Origin: a virus
Taxonomy: Duplodnaviria; Caudoviricetes
Virus record (IMG/VR): IMGVR_UViG_3300048560_000012
Coordinates: 1-41,151 of that record
Direction: 5' to 3' (one strand)
Length of the DNA: 41,151 bases
A program made the translations under genes and the position numbers. Shown here piece after piece: positions 37,110-41,151 of this stretch. The first letter of the stretch is position 1; the number at the start of each line of letters is the position of its first letter. The notes beneath the pieces are model-generated. The model was given only the letters and a program-made list of their open reading frames with translations. It was not told the DNA's origin and ran no database searches.

Positions 37110-37357
37110 TGCCGCTGTCCTATGAGCCAAACAAGAATCGCCCATACAGCGTAGACGACCAGAGCCAGCACAAAGTCTTTTGCTTGTGGATTCCCTTCAA
37201 AATTTCTCATGTCTTCATCCATTTGCAAAATGGCAAGTTGGGTCGCTCCGTCTGCTCCGTATGCCTCGTAGAGTGTTGCCAAAGCACAAGCGTACTGTTC
37301 CTGTCGTAGAAACTGTCTCGCCTTACGACGTGCCTTCCACCGTTTCCAGATTTTCAT
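37106..37357 (-). CDS. Membrane protein (C-terminal TM)
   Basis: Hydrophobic FVLALVVYAVWAILVWLI. Confidence 0.6.
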   Translation of the reverse strand: MKIWKRWKARRKARQFLRQEQYACALATLYEAYGADGATQLAILQMDEDMRNFEGNPQAKDFVLALVVYAVWAILVWLIGQRQ

Positions 37358-37641
37358 AACAGTCCTTTCACGCTATCGGCAGTTAGATTTTCTGACTGTC
37401 GAGTATCAGGGACATACACAATTTCGCCGAGAACGAACGGGCGGTTTTCAATGCAAGACACGAATTTGCTTTCCGCTTGGTATAGGTTCTGCGCCTGAAT
37501 GCGTTTGACCCGCTTGATGTAGAGCTCGTGATGCTTGATGTAATTTTGTTCGCGGACAGCCGCACGTTGTTCGGCGTAATGCCACTCCACGAACAGACCA
37601 AAGATGACCCAAAGCAAGACAGCAGGAACGGTGAATCGCAT
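37354..37641 (-). CDS. Membrane-anchored hypothetical protein
   Basis: N-terminal TM; operon context. Confidence 0.55.
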   Translation of the reverse strand: MRFTVPAVLLWVIFGLFVEWHYAEQRAAVREQNYIKHHELYIKRVKRIQAQNLYQAESKFVSCIENRPFVLGEIVYVPDTRQSENLTADSVKGLL

Positions 37642-37745
37642 GGCTTCATCCTTCTCAAGTGTATGGGCAGGGCTTCCACCTGCGCCCTCATCTCTTTAAC
37701 GTCTGCGAGTCCTAGACGCTCGGGGCATGACCCCGAGAACACTCG

Positions 37746-38102
37746 TTACAGCAGGTCGTCTTCACCGCCGCCGGTGGTTTCGGCGTCAGCCTTGAGCGCA
37801 GCGTACTTGGACGCGTCGATGTCGCCGAGCTTTGCGCCGCCGTGCTTCTTGAGTAGCTTTTTGACGGTCTCGTTGTCACCGGCGTCGATCAGCGCCTTGA
37901 GCGCGGCACGGACATCGTCCAGGGAAACTTCGTCTTCTTCCGTTTTGCCCTTGCGCGTACGACGCGTTTTCTTTTCGGGGGCAGCGGGGGCAGCGGCTTC
38001 TTCCTCTTCGCCGCTTTCGCCGCTTTCGCCGCGAGCGATGGTGATGGTTTCCTGCAAAGTGGCGGTCAGTTCCTTGATGGCTTCGAGCAGTTGTTCCAGC
38101 AT
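37746..38102 (-). CDS. Conserved replication-module protein typically upstream of DUF2800/DUF2815
   Basis: VSLDDVRAAL..VKKLLKKHGGAKLGDI...Y; AGGAG SD. Confidence 0.75.
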   Translation of the reverse strand: MLEQLLEAIKELTATLQETITIARGESGESGEEEEAAAPAAPEKKTRRTRKGKTEEDEVSLDDVRAALKALIDAGDNETVKKLLKKHGGAKLGDIDASKYAALKADAETTGGGEDDLL

Positions 38103-38156
38103 TTTGCTTCTCCTTGAAAGTTATACAGTAAAAAACTTTGCGCATTGCGCCAGATC

Positions 38157-38184
38157 ATTATCCCCATCCGGGAACCGAATGCAA
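38157..38184 (-). promoter_or_regulatory. Possible sigma70 promoter (TTGCAT-16-GATAAT) for the replication arm
   Basis: Lies in the divergent intergenic region. Confidence 0.45.
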
Positions 38185-38366
38185 GTGTCAAACGATTTGT
38201 TTTCGACCGACTTGGGACAGTAAGGTAAAAAGGTGCCGAGGGCACCACGCCCCCGGCAAAACCCCGTTACCACTGCCACAAGGAGACGCCGATTGGCGTA
38301 ATGGCAGGGATCATTATGGGGTCTAACTTTTCCCAGTGCAACGAATTATAAGAGAGGAGTCGTCCC

Positions 38367-40535
38367 GTGACCGCTGCAAAGACACAGAGCGTTCGTTCTG
38401 TATTCGAAACGCTATTGCTCAATGGATTCACGCAAGAAGTCATTTCAGTTATCCCGCCTAACGCTCCCCTCACTTCCAGCAGCAAAGTTCCCGTAGAAGC
38501 GCTCGGCAAAGTACCCGGACGCAAGATGGTGACAGGGCAATGGTGCGGCGGATGGATCCACGCCAATAATAGCGGCGAAGCGCAACGCTTCGCTCGTTGG
38601 GGCGGCAACGCCGGTATAGAAACAACCCGACTTTTGCCAATAGACATTGACGTCAACGATCCTTCGCTCCATAAACCGCTAATACTTCTGGCGCGTCGCT
38701 TCTTTGGCGTCCTGCCGCTGCGCATGGGCAAACGTCCGCTCCTGTTCGGCAGACTGCGCGGCAAGTGCAGCTATGGGCGGATCGCCATGACGTTTGAGAA
38801 CGAAACGGGCAAGCATAAGATAGAATCCTTTCACGGCGAGAAAAAACATTTCGTCATTGCTGGAGTGCATCCCGCTGGCATGCTCTATCGCTGCTCGCCA
38901 CCGTTGGAAGAACTTCGCTACGACGACATCCCCGAAATCACGGAGCAGCAAGTACTGGACTTTTTCACTGCCGCCAAAGAAGCGCTCGCAAAGCGGTACA
39001 AGTGCAAGATACTGGACAGCGTGCGCGACACTGCCAAGCAAGAGCGCTCGTACGAGAAGCCAGACGTTGAAAAGGTTATCGCGCCATTGCCGTTTGTCAA
39101 GCGTGCGCTGGAAAAGATCCCGAATACGAAAGATCGGGGTCGGTGGGTGGATATCTGTCATGCCGTAAAAGGCGCAACGCAGAAGACCCCCGCCGAAGGC
39201 TTGCAACTTTGGTTGGACTGGTGCGCAACCCGCGAAGACGGTGATCCGCACCTGAAAGAAGCCAGACGTGTCTGGGACAGCGCCGGTCGGCAAGACGGTG
39301 GACTCTATACCGGTTACGAGGCCTTGTTGGCGATCGGCGGATTGCGCAACGAGCTCGCGCAGCACGAGTTCAAGGACGCAGAAACGGTCGAGGACGGCCT
39401 TTTGGCCGACGGGGTACCCCTACCCCTGTTTAGCGTGCAGCCGGTGCAAGCGCGGCCTCTACGGCGTCCAGAGTGGGTGATTCGCAACATGGTGCCGAAG
39501 GGCGCATGCCTCGGGGTGATGTACGGCCCCCCCGGCATGAACAAGAGCACGATGGCGACGGCGATGGCCGTGCATATTGCGGTAGGTCTGCCGTTTGCCG
39601 ATCAGCCGGTAAAGCCGGGGCATGTTCTGCTCATCAGCGAGGAAGACGCAGTGGTCAATCGTCGGCGGCTGGAAGCATGGCGTCATTGGTTGAGGACAAA
39701 GAAGGCAGACGGCGCAACGCTCCCCGAAGACTGGGAACGGTCGTTGCAGCAACGCATCCTGGAAACTTTTCCGGGATTTGGGCATATCAGCAAGAAGAAA
39801 GTCGCTCATCTGGCGAAGGAAGTACTCAAGGCAACCTCTGGCGCGGGAATCCAAATTGCCTTTATTGACACCCTCGCGAGGACGTTCGTAGAAGGCGGCG
39901 AGGAGAACGAAGCCAAGGACATGAATAAGTACATCGACCTTGCCGAAGGTCTGTCCGAGGAACTGGACTGCCCCGTGATTGTGCTGCATCATCCGCCGAA
40001 GAATGCGGACACTCTGCGGGGCCACGGCAGCTTGCTCGGGGCGGTCAGCATGGTGCTCAAGGTGGAGCGCACCGAGGACGGTCTGGTGCGGCTCTACTGC
40101 CAGAAGATGCGTGAGGCGGCGGAGTTTGCGCCATTGGCGTTTGAGCGCCGCGCGGTCGACATATCGTTTGCCGTGGAACGAAAGGACGAAGAGGACACAG
40201 ACGTGGAAACCGCACTGGTGCTGGAGCATACCCCCTGGACAGAGGTAGCGGGTAACAAGAGGCAAGGCAGCGCAGCGGCCGACCCGGCCAACTTGGCAGG
40301 GAGTCCGCAACGCGTGACGGACATGGACATACTGCGGCATCTATGTCTGCACCCCGGCGACAGCGTGCGCACCATAGCGGCAGCGCTCGGGTTCGGTGGG
40401 CATCCGCCCCTGCTAAAACGGCTCCACAGATTGCATGAGTTTGGGCTCGTGGAGCAGGTAGATAAACGCTGGAAAGCTACTGAAGCAGGGAGCGAAACGT
40501 TCTCAAAAGAACACCCCGATGGTCTGTTAATGTAG
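38367..40535 (+). CDS. Primase-polymerase + PriCT-2 + AAA_25 helicase + C-terminal HTH
   Basis: GNAG..IDID, HP; W.DI.HA.K..W.DWC; YGPPGMNKST, IDTLAR, LHHP.K, RG.GSL. Confidence 0.88.
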   Translation: MTAAKTQSVRSVFETLLLNGFTQEVISVIPPNAPLTSSSKVPVEALGKVPGRKMVTGQWCGGWIHANNSGEAQRFARWGGNAGIETTRLLPIDIDVNDPSLHKPLILLARRFFGVLPLRMGKRPLLFGRLRGKCSYGRIAMTFENETGKHKIESFHGEKKHFVIAGVHPAGMLYRCSPPLEELRYDDIPEITEQQVLDFFTAAKEALAKRYKCKILDSVRDTAKQERSYEKPDVEKVIAPLPFVKRALEKIPNTKDRGRWVDICHAVKGATQKTPAEGLQLWLDWCATREDGDPHLKEARRVWDSAGRQDGGLYTGYEALLAIGGLRNELAQHEFKDAETVEDGLLADGVPLPLFSVQPVQARPLRRPEWVIRNMVPKGACLGVMYGPPGMNKSTMATAMAVHIAVGLPFADQPVKPGHVLLISEEDAVVNRRRLEAWRHWLRTKKADGATLPEDWERSLQQRILETFPGFGHISKKKVAHLAKEVLKATSGAGIQIAFIDTLARTFVEGGEENEAKDMNKYIDLAEGLSEELDCPVIVLHHPPKNADTLRGHGSLLGAVSMVLKVERTEDGLVRLYCQKMREAAEFAPLAFERRAVDISFAVERKDEEDTDVETALVLEHTPWTEVAGNKRQGSAAADPANLAGSPQRVTDMDILRHLCLHPGDSVRTIAAALGFGGHPPLLKRLHRLHEFGLVEQVDKRWKATEAGSETFSKEHPDGLLM

Positions 40536-40570
40536 TCCCTATATAAGTGTGATCCTTATATTCCAGATGC

Positions 40571-40699
40571 GTGGTATCTAATTAGTGGTACCCCAGATAC
40601 CACCTATTAGATACCACTTTTAAGGTCTTAGGGCGTGGTAGTGGTATCTAATTAATTGGTATCCCCCCCTAAAGGGGGGGTACCATAATTAGGTACCAC
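40571..40699. other. Putative replication origin: two nested palindromes with GTGGTA/TACCAC iterons
   Basis: AT-rich inverted repeats immediately after the primase gene. Confidence 0.65.
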
Positions 40700-40830
40700 C
40701 CACTGACCGGCGGGGTACCAGAGCCAAGATGTTCAGACTCTAAGATCGGAAGTGGTACCTAATCCGGCAACGTGGAGGGCAGTGGCGACGATACCCCTGC
40801 CAGTGTATCGGAGCCTATAGTGAGGGCACC

Positions 40831-41130
40831 ATGAGCAAGAAGCACGGTTCGCACGGCAAGAGGACGACAGGACGCAAGTGGCAGAAGCGACGAGAGTCGG
40901 TGCTCGCTGCTAACCCGATCTGTGTCGCGTGTAGCGCAGCGGGTCGCGTGGCCTCGGCAACGGAGGTCGATCATATCGTTCCGTTGCAGCATGGCGGCGA
41001 CGACTCATGGGATAATCTGCAATCGCTCTGTCACGATTGTCATGTGGATAAAACGAATGCAGAGATGGGACGAAAGCCGAAAGCGTGGATCGGACTTGAC
41101 GGTTGGCCGGTGGGGGTAGACGAAAAGTGA
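40831..41130 (+). CDS. HNH endonuclease (HK97 gp74-like packaging cofactor)
   Basis: CxxC, VDHIVP..HGG, NLQSLC..CH..KT; precedes terS if the genome is circularised. Confidence 0.9.
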   Translation: MSKKHGSHGKRTTGRKWQKRRESVLAANPICVACSAAGRVASATEVDHIVPLQHGGDDSWDNLQSLCHDCHVDKTNAEMGRKPKAWIGLDGWPVGVDEK

Positions 41131-41151
41131 TGATACCCTGAGCTGTAATCT

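Overview
An apparently complete ~41 kb tailed dsDNA phage genome (siphovirus-like), opened between the HNH gene and terS. No integrase or repressor is recognisable. The + strand (70-21173) carries an HK97-type head module (terS, terL, portal, ClpP-like protease, MCP), a glycosyltransferase/methyltransferase insert right after the MCP, neck and tail genes with a GTA-like tail tip (DUF2460, DUF2163, NlpC/P60, central tip protein), a tail fibre and a lysis module. The - strand (21229-38102) carries accessory genes (two CxxCxx-repeat paralogs, DenV-like, HicA-like, DUF932/945), a thymidine-modification block (DUF3310, HD nucleotidase, dUMP hydroxymethylase-like TS, 5hmU DNA kinase-like, TAGT-like glycosyltransferase) and a replication block (SNF2, VRR-NUC, PolA, SSB, Cas4-like). 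It ends with a + strand primase-helicase, a palindromic origin-like region and the HNH gene. Three leads stand out. (1) An in-phase G_GGA_AAC slippery site with a putative pseudoknot would fuse the small post-capsid protein to a two-domain glycosyltransferase, a candidate frameshift-controlled virion-glycosylation system. (2) The 5hmU/kinase pathway is paired with a TAGT-like sugar transferase rather than an amino acid:DNA transferase. (3) About 10 non-structural proteins share an acidic-LL C-terminal motif. All family calls come from motif recognition by eye, with no database searches.
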